NCBI GenBank assembly: GCA_963668695.2
Contig: CAXXLQ010000004.1
Coordinates: forward strand, 1-64,000
Direction of reading: 5' to 3'
Length of the DNA stretch: 64,000 nt
From: Vicinamibacteria bacterium
GTDB taxonomy: Bacteria > Acidobacteriota > Vicinamibacteria > Marinacidobacterales > Marinacidobacteraceae
The translations under genes and the position numbers were made by a program. Position 1 is the first letter of the stretch. The number at the start of each line of letters is the position of its first letter. Positions 1 to 9,428 of this stretch are shown here, piece by piece. Below the pieces are notes generated by a model. The model was not told the DNA's origin. It was given only the letters and a program-made list of their open reading frames with translations, and did no database searches.

Positions 1-123
1 ATGCCTATCGCTCGCGGACCTCTCGACGTCACCATCGAGGCCGAGCCTCCTTTCTTGGAGCAGGACGGCATCAAGCTCAACGAGGGAAAGCACTTCTACG
101 TCCTCGAGTACGAACATCGATGA
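1..123 (+). pseudogene. 40-aa mini-ORF resembling the fused N- and C-termini of a DUF3224 protein (internal deletion)
   Basis: Translates as MPIARGPLDVTIEAEPPFLEQDGIKLN-EGKHFYVLEYEHR*; both halves resemble DUF3224 ends from memory; ATGA overlap with the next gene; lies at the window edge. Confidence 0.45.
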
Positions 124-656
124 CCAAGCGCTATCTCGTGATGCCGCGGGGGATCAACGTCGGAACCCGCAATCGGGTACCTATGGCGGAACTCAGGTCG
201 AAGTTGGCCGACGAGGGCTACTCCGATGTGGCCACCGTCCTACAAAGCGGGAACGTGATCGTTTCCACTGAATCGACTCGTCCCGACCGGGTCGGCGGCG
301 CCGTGCAGCGGTTGCTCAGCGACGAGTTCGACGTCAACGTTCCCTGTGTCGTCCGAAGTGCGAATCAGGTTCGCAGGGTGCTTGAGCGCAACCCATTGCG
401 TGAGGTCGTCTCTGACCCATCGCGCTGCCTGGTGAATTTCCTCTCGCAGGAACCCAATCCCCAGCTGGTGCGGGCACTGCTGGAGGAGGACCACAGCCCC
501 GAGACCATCGCGATCGAAGGTACCGAGGCATACGTCTGGACTCCGGATGGCGTCAAGGCGATGGCCCTCTCGCATGTGTACCTCGAAGAGCGGTTCGGCG
601 TCACCGCCACGGCGCGCAACTGGAACACCTTGGAGAAGATCGTTGCCAAGTTCTGA
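120..656 (+). CDS. DUF1697 family protein
   Basis: N-terminal RGINVG..VPMAELR, T.LQSGNV and C-terminal TARNWNT motifs. Confidence 0.85.
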   Translation: MTKRYLVMPRGINVGTRNRVPMAELRSKLADEGYSDVATVLQSGNVIVSTESTRPDRVGGAVQRLLSDEFDVNVPCVVRSANQVRRVLERNPLREVVSDPSRCLVNFLSQEPNPQLVRALLEEDHSPETIAIEGTEAYVWTPDGVKAMALSHVYLEERFGVTATARNWNTLEKIVAKF

Positions 657-872
657 TGGCTGGCAGCTCGACCAGAGATCCCGCCATCAAGGGAGGTGCC
701 GGGCGCGATCCTCGACGGCCCGACGACGACGGGCGACCAGGTAAAGGTCACAGACCTGCCCTGCACCTTTCGCCCGCCTCCAGCGGACGATGCAGACCAC
801 AGGTCTGGCGCTCCCATGCCTGCGCGCGACGGTGCCGACCTGGAGGCCGGCGCCAGTCTCCCGGTAGGAGCC

Positions 873-935
873 CCCCTCCCCGCTCCGCCGTCAGCGCTGG
901 GCGGCTTCCCAGGCGCGGACGCGGCGGCGGGCGGC
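873..935. repeat. 63-bp direct repeat, copy 1 (copy 2 at 3456-3518); duplicate of the amidohydrolase 3' end
   Basis: cccctccccgctccgccgtcagcgctgggcggcttccca[g/a]gcgcggacgcggcggcgggcggc, one mismatch between copies. Confidence 0.9.
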
Positions 936-1026
936 CGCCACACCGGCGACCGCGAGGATGATTGGTCCGATCCCCAACTGACCAAGAAATCGAAAACGCC
1001 ACATGCCGCGGAAGTCTAAAGAAATC

Positions 1027-1181
1027 CCCGTCTACTCACCCGGGCGATGCGGATGGACAACGAAGACAGCTCGTTCTCGGGCCTAACGCCGGCACGGAAC
1101 CACACGCCAATCCACCGTCCAGTTCGTGGCGCCGTCGCCGCAATGCCGCTCCGCCATGATGTCGTCCCCGCCCGCGCCGAC
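1027..1181. repeat. ~150-bp imperfect direct repeat, copy 1 (copy 2 at 1464-1607)
   Basis: Shared blocks cccgtctactcacccgggcgatgcggatggacaacgaagacagctc, gggcctaacgccggcacggaaccacacgccaatccaccgtcca and aatgccgctccgccatgatgtcgtc, separated by indels. Confidence 0.9.
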
Positions 1182-1463
1182 GCCCGCGCTTGGGCTCCGC
1201 GATGTACGAACGGGCGAGACTTGTCACACACCAGGGACCGAGGCTTCTCCCCCTTCCTGCCGCGCGTGCCGCTTCGTCCACGACAGACCGTGAGCTATCG
1301 CTCCGCTCGCCAGATCCACCCGTGCTCCGCCACGCCATCCGCGTCCGCCATCATCAGCCGACCGATGCGTGCCTCGGAGTCCACCGGGCGTACCACTCCA
1401 AAGTTCCAGCTTCTTCCGCCATTGCGGTCGTAGCGCGCCACCTCTTCACGGTCGAGCTCGATA

Positions 1464-1607
1464 CCCGTCTACTCACCCGGGCGATGCGGATGGACAACGA
1501 AGACAGCTCCGCGGCAACGCCTCGGGGCCTAACGCCGGCACGGAACCACACGCCAATCCACCGTCCAAATGCCGCTCCGCCATGATGTCGTCGGCGCCCG
1601 CGCCGAC
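1464..1607. repeat. ~150-bp imperfect direct repeat, copy 2
   Basis: Matches 1027-1181. Confidence 0.9.
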
Positions 1608-1638
1608 AGCAGCGAGACCGTGGCCAGCGCGTGCCGCC

Positions 1639-3270
1639 TCATAGGATTCGGGTGGCGTACCACTCCAAAGTCCAACCCGCCACCTCCACATCTCTGGCGT
1701 GCTCTGCGTAATCAACACCCTCTTCCGGCAGGTGGTCTCCTCGATCAATCGCCTCGCAAACAACACGGAGTCCGCCGGCGTTCCGAATCCTGGATACAAG
1801 GTCAGTGCTTCTAACGAGCGCTACGTCGTCCGCCCTTGCCAAGCCGCATGCAATCGAACCTTCTGCCGAAACTGCGAAGTGGACAGCAAACGAGTCATCG
1901 ATGCTCAAGAATGTATTCAAGAATTCCCGATGTGTAGCTGCCCTTTGCCTCCTGCGTCGAATCTGTTTGATCCCCTTGAGGATTTCCTGAGACTTTTGAT
2001 AGACCTCTCGCGGGTCCGCTGGCTCCAAGAACGATTTCAGTTCTAGAATCAGACAACATCGACCTTCTTCATCTACGATTGCCAAATCTACGTCCGATGC
2101 AGTTCCCCACCCAGGAACGTGCCCCCAGGCGAAACGAAACCGCAGGTCCTTCAGCTCTTTTCGAATTCTCTCTCGATCCATTTCCTCTCGTTCTACACTC
2201 AATCTGCTGTAGGCATCTCGCGCTGGCTCTAGTCGATTGAGAAACACCAGTAAGTTCCTCTCGAGATATGAATTCGCGACAAGGCTCGGAGCTATGCCGT
2301 AGGAGTCGTTCGCAAGAGGAACGAGAGGCTGAAGAACGATGTCTGGCGTGTCCTGCCCACAGTTGCCAAGAGTGAGCTGGTCTAGGACTTCTCCCACGAC
2401 GTTCAGCTCCACTCCGGAGTATTGAGACACTTCGTTGAGAAGTCGCGATTTCCCGATCGTCATGACAGAATCCAGGTATCCGAGCCCTACGCACCCGGAA
2501 TCACATGCTATCCGTCTCGCGCACAGGTGAATGCAGCACATACACCACAGGACATGCACGATACAGAAATACTGGCGGAGAGAAATAACTGGGATCCTCC
2601 AATCCATAGGAAGTCGAAAACGATTGTCCAAAACAGGCCTAGAACGAGCCATGACACTACTCATGAGTCGTCTGCTAACCCTGTAATCAAATCTCGTCCC
2701 GTTCACTCTCACAAGAGGCTTCATGCGGTCCATGAGCCACGGTATGAAAGTAGGATCGGAATCCACCTTTTCCTTGGAGTTGACTATTCGATCGTAAGCA
2801 TCTAGGCGCGTATCCGAACGTACTACGCCACTTGGTCGAATTCGTTTTCCCTCGAGTTCCAGGCTCAGAGTATTCTTGCTCGCGTACGTGAATACAGTCT
2901 GGTAGTCAAGGTAGTTGTGCCCCAACTTGGCTAGTTCAAAGGCGGCACCATAGCTGTCGTCGGAGAATTCACGCCTGAAGCCACTAGAAGGGGCGCATGA
3001 CTTCCAGATCCATATCACTGGCCATTTGGCTAGATTGGCCAAGTAGTCCGCGACAGCCATTGGATCCTGAACGATCCCGTCACGCGATGATTGGTATCCG
3101 AGACGGATCGGAATCTCCTCACATTCCGCGAGGAAGTGCCAAATCGCCTGAGATCGTGGCAACGACATGAGTTGGTTGGCTCTGTAGGCAACATCGACTT
3201 CTGACTCGATTCGTCGCAGCGCGCCCGACACGCTGTCCTTCTCAGACATCGCCAGATGCGATTCCCGCAT
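1639..3270 (-). CDS. Hypothetical ~540-aa protein with a C-terminal PD-(D/E)XK-like nuclease motif; lower GC than surroundings
   Basis: Long ORF in visibly AT-richer DNA; motif SDVDLAIVD...LILELKS; start at 3270 or 3249. Confidence 0.7.
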   Translation of the reverse strand: MRESHLAMSEKDSVSGALRRIESEVDVAYRANQLMSLPRSQAIWHFLAECEEIPIRLGYQSSRDGIVQDPMAVADYLANLAKWPVIWIWKSCAPSSGFRREFSDDSYGAAFELAKLGHNYLDYQTVFTYASKNTLSLELEGKRIRPSGVVRSDTRLDAYDRIVNSKEKVDSDPTFIPWLMDRMKPLVRVNGTRFDYRVSRRLMSSVMARSRPVLDNRFRLPMDWRIPVISLRQYFCIVHVLWCMCCIHLCARRIACDSGCVGLGYLDSVMTIGKSRLLNEVSQYSGVELNVVGEVLDQLTLGNCGQDTPDIVLQPLVPLANDSYGIAPSLVANSYLERNLLVFLNRLEPARDAYSRLSVEREEMDRERIRKELKDLRFRFAWGHVPGWGTASDVDLAIVDEEGRCCLILELKSFLEPADPREVYQKSQEILKGIKQIRRRRQRAATHREFLNTFLSIDDSFAVHFAVSAEGSIACGLARADDVALVRSTDLVSRIRNAGGLRVVCEAIDRGDHLPEEGVDYAEHARDVEVAGWTLEWYATRIL

Positions 3271-3455
3271 GAGACTGCCCTGTCCCATCTGCTGACGGCA
3301 TCGAGGCGCAGAAGCTGATGGACCTAACCTGCCCACCGGCAATGCCCGGACTGTCGCTTCGGCTCAGGCTGAATGACTTCGCCACCTGTCTACCCATCGT
3401 TGTCACCGCGGTTTCGCCTCCCTTCGGTCGGGGGTGCCGGTCTGCAGGCCGGCGG

Positions 3456-3518
3456 CCCCTCCCCGCTCCGCCGTCAGCGCTGGGCGGCTTCCCAAGCGCG
3501 GACGCGGCGGCGGGCGGC
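3456..3518. repeat. 63-bp direct repeat, copy 2 (overlaps amidohydrolase stop)
   Basis: Matches 873-935. Confidence 0.9.
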
Positions 3519-4544
3519 GTCGAAGAGCCGTTCGTAGTTGCCCATCCGGACCCTGCGGCTCGCCTCCGGATCGAGACGGTCAAGGAGCGGCGCCCAAACA
3601 TCAAGGGCGCCCTGGTAGGCGGAAGCGTCCTTCGCCACCACGGAATCCGAACCGATGATGAACCGGTCCGGCCAGGCGTTCACAAGGGCGACCCAGGCCG
3701 CGCGCGTTTCCTCCGCCCCAGCGATCTGCTCGGCCACCACGTCCCAGGACAGATCGAAGTAGAGGTGGTCGAGGCCGTCGTCGCGCAGGATCTCCTCCAG
3801 CAACTCCACGTAGTCCGGGGTCGGCTCGACGAAGCGGCCGATGCCGGCGTGGGCCCAGACGAGCGTCGTCCCGGAATGCCGCCGGACCACCTCCACGAAG
3901 GCGTCGAGATGCGTCGGCCGCTCTCCCTCGCGCGGAAGGATCACGTCCACGTCGTTGTGGATCAGGGTCAGGAGGCCGACTTCCCCCGCAAACTCGAGGA
4001 TCCGGTCGAGTGCCGGATTGCGAAGGCTCGCACCGTGCCCCACCGTCTTGGGAGACACCACTTCCTTGTGGATGGAGAACTCCCCGATTCCCGAAAACAC
4101 GCCCGGATACAGGCGGAGCACCCGGCGGATGTGGTCCGCCGCGTACATGTCGGTCGGATTGAACCCGGTGATCATGGGATCGAAGCGCGCCCGCTGCTCC
4201 GGGGGCAGTGCGAGAACCGCCTCCGCCACCATCGCATCCACGAACGGGTAGTAGTAGAGCGCCGCGTCCGAACGCAGGTAGTAGTCGGGGGCGCGGTCGC
4301 CCGACTCGAACCAGTCCCACTTCTGCTGGAGGGGAATGCCCATCAGCGCCGCGCGGCCGACCCCGTCGCCCATCAACCCGAGAAACTCCGGGAGCGCCGT
4401 CTCGCGCTGGATGTAGTCGGTGGGGTGGTAGTGCGCGTCGTGGAAAACGGCGTCCGGTGGCCACGTCTGGGCGCTGAGGGAAGGCCCGGGTAGAGCCAGG
4501 AGAAGCATCCCCATCCAGAAGGTGCGGCTCCCGAAACGCAACAT
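3474..4544 (-). CDS. Secreted amidohydrolase family protein (TIM barrel)
   Basis: Signal peptide MLRFGSRTFWMGMLLLALP; DAHYH, GIGEF, LIHND, WAHAG and GSD motifs. Confidence 0.85.
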   Translation of the reverse strand: MLRFGSRTFWMGMLLLALPGPSLSAQTWPPDAVFHDAHYHPTDYIQRETALPEFLGLMGDGVGRAALMGIPLQQKWDWFESGDRAPDYYLRSDAALYYYPFVDAMVAEAVLALPPEQRARFDPMITGFNPTDMYAADHIRRVLRLYPGVFSGIGEFSIHKEVVSPKTVGHGASLRNPALDRILEFAGEVGLLTLIHNDVDVILPREGERPTHLDAFVEVVRRHSGTTLVWAHAGIGRFVEPTPDYVELLEEILRDDGLDHLYFDLSWDVVAEQIAGAEETRAAWVALVNAWPDRFIIGSDSVVAKDASAYQGALDVWAPLLDRLDPEASRRVRMGNYERLFDAARRRVRAWEAAQR

Positions 4545-4568
4545 CGAGGGAGAGAGTATCGGCCCGGA

Positions 4569-5480
4569 GTGGAACGGGATAGCCTTCGTCTCATGGCTTC
4601 GGAAGTGCCGCGACTGCTGGTCGCCGGGGAGACCTTCGAAGATCTCATCTTCGCCGGGTTGCCCCGTCTTCCTTTTCCCGGCGAGGAGGTCCGCACGAAC
4701 CTGTTTCGTCGTACCTTCGGTGGGGGGGCGCTGATCGCGGCTGCCTGGGCGCGGACCGAGGGTCTCGAGGTGGATGTGCTGTCGGCGCTCCCGCCGCGGG
4801 TCGGACGAATCCTGGCGCGCGAAGGCATCCGCTGCCGGGACCTCCGCCGGCCCAGGGAACCGCACGCGGTCACTGCCTCCCTGTCGTGTGGTGCGGAACG
4901 GAGCTTCACCACCTTTACGGGTGTGAATGCGGTACTCGAAGAGCGGCTCCATCTCACTCTGCGGCGGCACAACTCGACCGCCCCCTTCTCCGCGGTTTTG
5001 CTGGGCATGCCGCCGCACAGTTGTACGCCTTGGGCGGACGCGATGCGCAGGGTGAAGGACCGCACGGAGGTGTTTTGGGATTTCGGCTACGACGAAGAAC
5101 TCCCGGCGCGCGAAGGATTCGGCGACATCCTCGAAAACGCCGCCGGAATCTTCGTAAATGCCCAGGAAGCCGCGCTGTACAACGGCCCCGGCAAGTTGCT
5201 CCAGCGAGCCGTCGAAGCCGGAACGGTCGTGGTCGTGAAGCGGGGCCGTGACGGCGCCGAAATGTTCGGGAAGCCCGAGACCCGGGTTCCCGCGCCGATT
5301 CCGCTGCACGGCGTCCGAGACACCACGGGAGCCGGCGATGCCTTCGCCGCGGGTTTCCTCGCCCGGCGGCTCCGCGGGGGATCGCTCGAGGACCAGCTCG
5401 CCGCCGGAAACGTTTGTGGCGCCCGCTCCGTCCAGCATCTTGGCGGGCTGCCGGCGCGGCCCTGGGCGCCGAGAGCTTGA
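4569..5480 (+). CDS. PfkB family carbohydrate kinase
   Basis: DTTGAGDAFAAGFL signature, N..EA motif; alternative ATG at 4593. Confidence 0.9.
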   Translation: MERDSLRLMASEVPRLLVAGETFEDLIFAGLPRLPFPGEEVRTNLFRRTFGGGALIAAAWARTEGLEVDVLSALPPRVGRILAREGIRCRDLRRPREPHAVTASLSCGAERSFTTFTGVNAVLEERLHLTLRRHNSTAPFSAVLLGMPPHSCTPWADAMRRVKDRTEVFWDFGYDEELPAREGFGDILENAAGIFVNAQEAALYNGPGKLLQRAVEAGTVVVVKRGRDGAEMFGKPETRVPAPIPLHGVRDTTGAGDAFAAGFLARRLRGGSLEDQLAAGNVCGARSVQHLGGLPARPWAPRA

Positions 5481-6823
5481 AGGTCGCGCTCCTGGGCGGG
5501 GGCGGCCTGCGCAGCCCCCTGCTGGCGAGCGCCCTGGCCGGGAGTGGTCTCGGCGTTCAGGAACTGGCGCTCTACGACACGAATCGGGAGCGCCTGGCAG
5601 CGATCGCTCCGGTTGTGCGGGCCAACGCTCCAGCGATCCGGGTGCGCGTGACCCACGACGTAGCTGCGGCGGTGCGTGGGTGCCGGTTCGTAATCGCAGC
5701 CATTCGGGCCGGGGGGCAGGAGGCGCGTGCCCACGACGAGCATGTGTGTCTGGAGGCGGGAGTCCTCGGACAGGAAACCGTGGGAGCTGCAGGCGCGGCG
5801 CTCGCCATGCGGAACATCCCGGCGATGCTGCACTTCGCTCGGATCATCGAGCGGGTAGCGCCCGACACGACCCTGATCAACTATTCGAACCCGGCGGGAA
5901 TGGTCACCGAAGCCCTCCGCGACGAAACCTCCGTCGAAGTCGTCGGGATCTGCGACTCACCCGCCGAACTCATCGACCGGGTTGCAGGGCTTCTCTACCT
6001 CGACCGTGCCACGTGCTCCGCGGGCTGGTCCGGGATCAACCACTTGGGGTGGCTCACCGGGCTCTACGGGACGGAGCCCGCCGGTCCACTGCCGCCGGAG
6101 AACCATCTCGAAGACTTGTTCCGCGACCCGGACCGCCTGGCAAGGGTGCATCCACACCGCCTCTTCGAAGCCTCCGAAATGGCGCGCGCGGTCCCATCGG
6201 AGTACGTCTACCTGCATCTCCATTCCCAGCGGGCCGTCCTTCGCACCCGCGCTGCCGGAATGACCCGCGGCGCCGTCATACTCGACCTGGAAGGGAAGCT
6301 CTTCGCCGCGCTTGAAGCGGCAACGGGGAACCGCAGGCGCGCGCTCACGCGCTATTGGGAGTTCATCAACGCCCGCAGCGCCTCGTACTTCCAGATCGAG
6401 GCCCGAGGACATGTCCGGCAAGCCGGGCGCGTGCCCGTCGAGAGGGGACCTACCGGTTACGACCGCATCGGCCTCTCGCTCATGAAGGCGCTGGCTGAGC
6501 GAGAACCGGTCAGGATGGTGGTGAACACCCGAAACCGCACCCCGTCTGGCGGCGCGGCGGTCCCGGAACTGCCCGAAGGCGACATCGTCGAGGTGACGGC
6601 CGACGTCGGGCAAAACGGCATTCAACCGATTGCCCAGCCTCCCCTGCCGGTGTCGGCCGGCAAGTTGCTTCGGCGCGTGAAGGCGGCCGAGCGCGAGTTC
6701 GTCAGGGCCGCCGTGGCCGGGGATTCCCGGATCGCCGCGGAAGCTCTGCGCAAACATCCTGCCGGTGGCCCGGTCGCGGCCGGAATCTTCAGCCGGCTAC
6801 GAACCGGAGCAGAGCAGCCGTAG
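5477..6823 (+). CDS. Glycoside hydrolase family 4 (6-phospho-beta-glucosidase-like)
   Basis: KVALLGGGG NAD-binding start, GQETVG, NYSNP, GICD, GINH; TTG start overlapping the PfkB stop. Confidence 0.9.
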   Translation: MKVALLGGGGLRSPLLASALAGSGLGVQELALYDTNRERLAAIAPVVRANAPAIRVRVTHDVAAAVRGCRFVIAAIRAGGQEARAHDEHVCLEAGVLGQETVGAAGAALAMRNIPAMLHFARIIERVAPDTTLINYSNPAGMVTEALRDETSVEVVGICDSPAELIDRVAGLLYLDRATCSAGWSGINHLGWLTGLYGTEPAGPLPPENHLEDLFRDPDRLARVHPHRLFEASEMARAVPSEYVYLHLHSQRAVLRTRAAGMTRGAVILDLEGKLFAALEAATGNRRRALTRYWEFINARSASYFQIEARGHVRQAGRVPVERGPTGYDRIGLSLMKALAEREPVRMVVNTRNRTPSGGAAVPELPEGDIVEVTADVGQNGIQPIAQPPLPVSAGKLLRRVKAAEREFVRAAVAGDSRIAAEALRKHPAGGPVAAGIFSRLRTGAEQP

Positions 6824-7109
6824 AGTTCTTCCAACTGAGCGAACCGGTCCAGGGCGCTGTTTCCGCGTGGTTCCCGCGCAACCCGGCTGCGATGCCACGT
6901 ATTCGCCGTCCCCTGCTGACTTCCACTGTCCGACTTCGCCGCGCGAACACCCGGCGATCCGCGTCGTATCCCTTGGATGGACCGTCGCTGCAACGTCCCC
7001 TTATGACCTCGGTCCGAACCGACGGGGCGCCCGGCCTCCCGGGAAATCCGGGAGGTGGGCGCCGTGGCTACCAACAGGTGGCCGCTGTTGCCGGTCGTCG
7101 CTGCCGAGG

Positions 7110-8147
7110 TCACCTGAGGTGCCCTCGGATCACGAAGGAGTGATCGGGAAGGGCGTAGTAGCTCTCCCGGCGGCTTCCTTCGAGACTGAGCTGCAGCGAG
7201 GAACCCAGATCCAGACGGCTCCCGAGCCGGAGGACGCGGTTTCCTTGCTCCTGCCAGGAAACCCCGGCGAACGGGGTCACCGGACCGCCAGCCAGCGAAC
7301 CGAACCCATAGGCGAACTCCGCTTCGAGTTGCCCGCCGCCGTGAGGTGCAAACCGTGTCCGCTCGGCCAGCCGATCGCGGCCTTTCCACATCCGGTTAAC
7401 GCCGCTCAGGGCGTCACCGAGCGACGACGCAATCGTCAGTGAGGGCCCGCGGCGGTCCATGCCCGAGTCGAGGCTCACTTTGCCGCCGATTCCCCATTCC
7501 CGGTACGCCGTGTCCTGATGAGCAACCAGGGTGCGTCCGTTCAGCTCCACGCTAAGTCCGCTGGCGGGACGCTCATACCGGACTCCGGACCCGAATTCGA
7601 GGCCCAATCCAGTCTCCGCGTCCCCACCATCGTACCGAACCCCGGCTTCCAGGATCGGAGTGATCTCGCCTCCCCAGAGCGAGCCAAGCCGCCACGAGCC
7701 TTCCGTCAAGATCCGGCCGCGGGAAGCAACGCCCGTACTCGCCAGGCGTACCGCAGTGGCGCCGGCGTCCATCCTGGCCCAGAACATGTCCGCCTTCACG
7801 GCCACTCGCAAGCGGCGCGTCCCGGGCCGGAGGTCGGCGCGTACTCCAAGCGCCCCGAGAAGCATTGAGAGGTCGCTATCGGCGTCCTCGGCGGCTAGTG
7901 ACACCGTCCCGATCCCGTAGCCGCCAAGGCCCCAAACGGAGATCCGCTCGTTCAGCGGGACGCTTAGGTAGGGGCTCAAGGTGGCAATCCGACCATGCGC
8001 GCGACCCTCTCGCGCGGAGCCGTTGCCGTTCGAACCTGCGACCGTGAACGGGCCGTTACCGATGCTGTTGGCGAGCGCGAATCCGGCGAGCATCCGACCG
8101 CGCCGGTAATCCGCCCCGATCGTCGCGGTGAGGACATCCCCGCGCAT
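7110..8147 (-). pseudogene. Autotransporter-type beta-barrel domain without passenger or signal peptide (probable remnant)
   Basis: TATIGADY, G.R.DGGDAETG.G.E.G.G and R.LVAH motifs; no N-terminal leader; ends GHLR with no terminal aromatic residue. Confidence 0.6.
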
Positions 8148-8497
8148 GTTGATTCCATCGTCTTCGCCGCTGAAGCGAAGGGGGCGATCAGGCGGAAGCC
8201 CGCGATCAACCGCCCGACGGCGATCCGGTGGGCGGCGGCTGATCGTGCTGGAAGGGCTACGAGGCTCTGTCCTACGGCCCGCGGCAGCACCCTCGAGCCT
8301 GGACCAATGACCCCAAGTGCCAAATCCCCTGAGCCGGGACAGTTGCTACCTCAGAACGTAAGGTAAAGTCATTTTGGGAGGATCCCCCCTTTCTCAGTCC
8401 ACCCGGCAGGGTGCCAGATGGCGTCGCGACTATTGGGGTTGCTGGCCAGGCGCCCGGCGGAACGAGGCCGTCGGGTCGGGTTCGGGAGGACGGCCAG

Positions 8498-8839
8498 ATG
8501 AGCAACACAGGACGCCGATATTCGCCGGAATTCCGCCGGCAGATGATCGATCTTGTCCGACAAGGGAAAAGACCGGAAGAGCTCTCACGGGAGTTCGAGC
8601 CGAGCGCCCAGGCAATCCGGAACTGGGTAGCCCACGCAGATCGCGAACAAGGGCGCACTCCCGAGACATTCACGGCGCTACAGATGCAGCTCAAGGACGC
8701 CGGGGAGGAGATCCGCCGCTTGCGCGAAGAGCGAGCCATTCTCCGAGAAATGCTGAAAATGGCGGCCGTCTGGTTCGCACGGGATCGACCCGAAGACGCG
8801 GAAGACGAACGTGCCCTTCCATGGCGGATTCCTGAATAG
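8498..8839 (+). mobile_element. IS3-family transposase OrfA (HTH) without OrfB
   Basis: RRYSPEFRRQMIDLVRQG..PEELSREFEPSAQAIRNWV...EIRRLREERAIL...AAVWFAR; no DDE ORF follows. Confidence 0.8.
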
Positions 8840-9081
8840 AGGGACGGCCGAAACGCCGTCTCCCGCACCGCTTTCCTCCGGCGGGTTCTTCCGGCAAACC
8901 GTTCAGGCAGCCGGTCTCGGCCCCGAAAGCCGCTGGCGCCAGTGGCCCTCCGCCAACGCAAGGTGAGCAACCGGCAATGGCAGCCGCCCGGACGATCCGG
9001 TTGCCCGCCAGGGAACGGCACGAATCGGAAGATTTCGAGCCCATGCCGACCCGACCTCACCCGATCGCAGCGACGCGCTAA

Positions 9082-9279
9082 CAGCCTGTGGTGAAACCCA
9101 CGTGAGCGCCGAGGCTGGCCAGTTCTCCCGGTGGGGGCGAGGCGCCCGGCTGACAAGGCGCGTGAGGGAGGAATACCGAGTGTATTTCGACCGAAACGCA
9201 ACGATGAGCGGCGCGAAGCGACGCGGTTCAGCCGGGATGGATCGCCGGCCGAACGCCGCGTGGGTTTCACCACAGGCTG
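9082..9279 (+). mobile_element. MITE copy A
   Basis: Perfect TIR CAGCCTGTGGTGAAACCCAC / GTGGGTTTCACCACAGGCTG with CTAA on both sides; one 21-mer at 9118-9138. Confidence 0.85.
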
Positions 9280-9428
9280 CTAACACCGCGGAGACTCGGA
9301 GCGGCGCGGAACGGGACGCCCAGGCTCCATCCCGCCCGGTTCCATCTACCGGCGGACTGCTACGATGGCGGCGGACCTTTGGAGGCCCTTGCATCCTGGA
9401 CTCGGGGCCCCGGAACGGCAGGGATTCA

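Noticed and set aside
1027-1607. 150-bp repeats as integron attC sites
   Set aside because: No RYYYAAC...GTTRRRY inverted core arrangement bounding cassettes and no integron integrase
9150-9210. CTGACAAG...CGAAAC in the MITE core as a hammerhead ribozyme
   Set aside because: Core deviates from CUGANGA and I could not build the three required stems by eye; needs a covariance-model search
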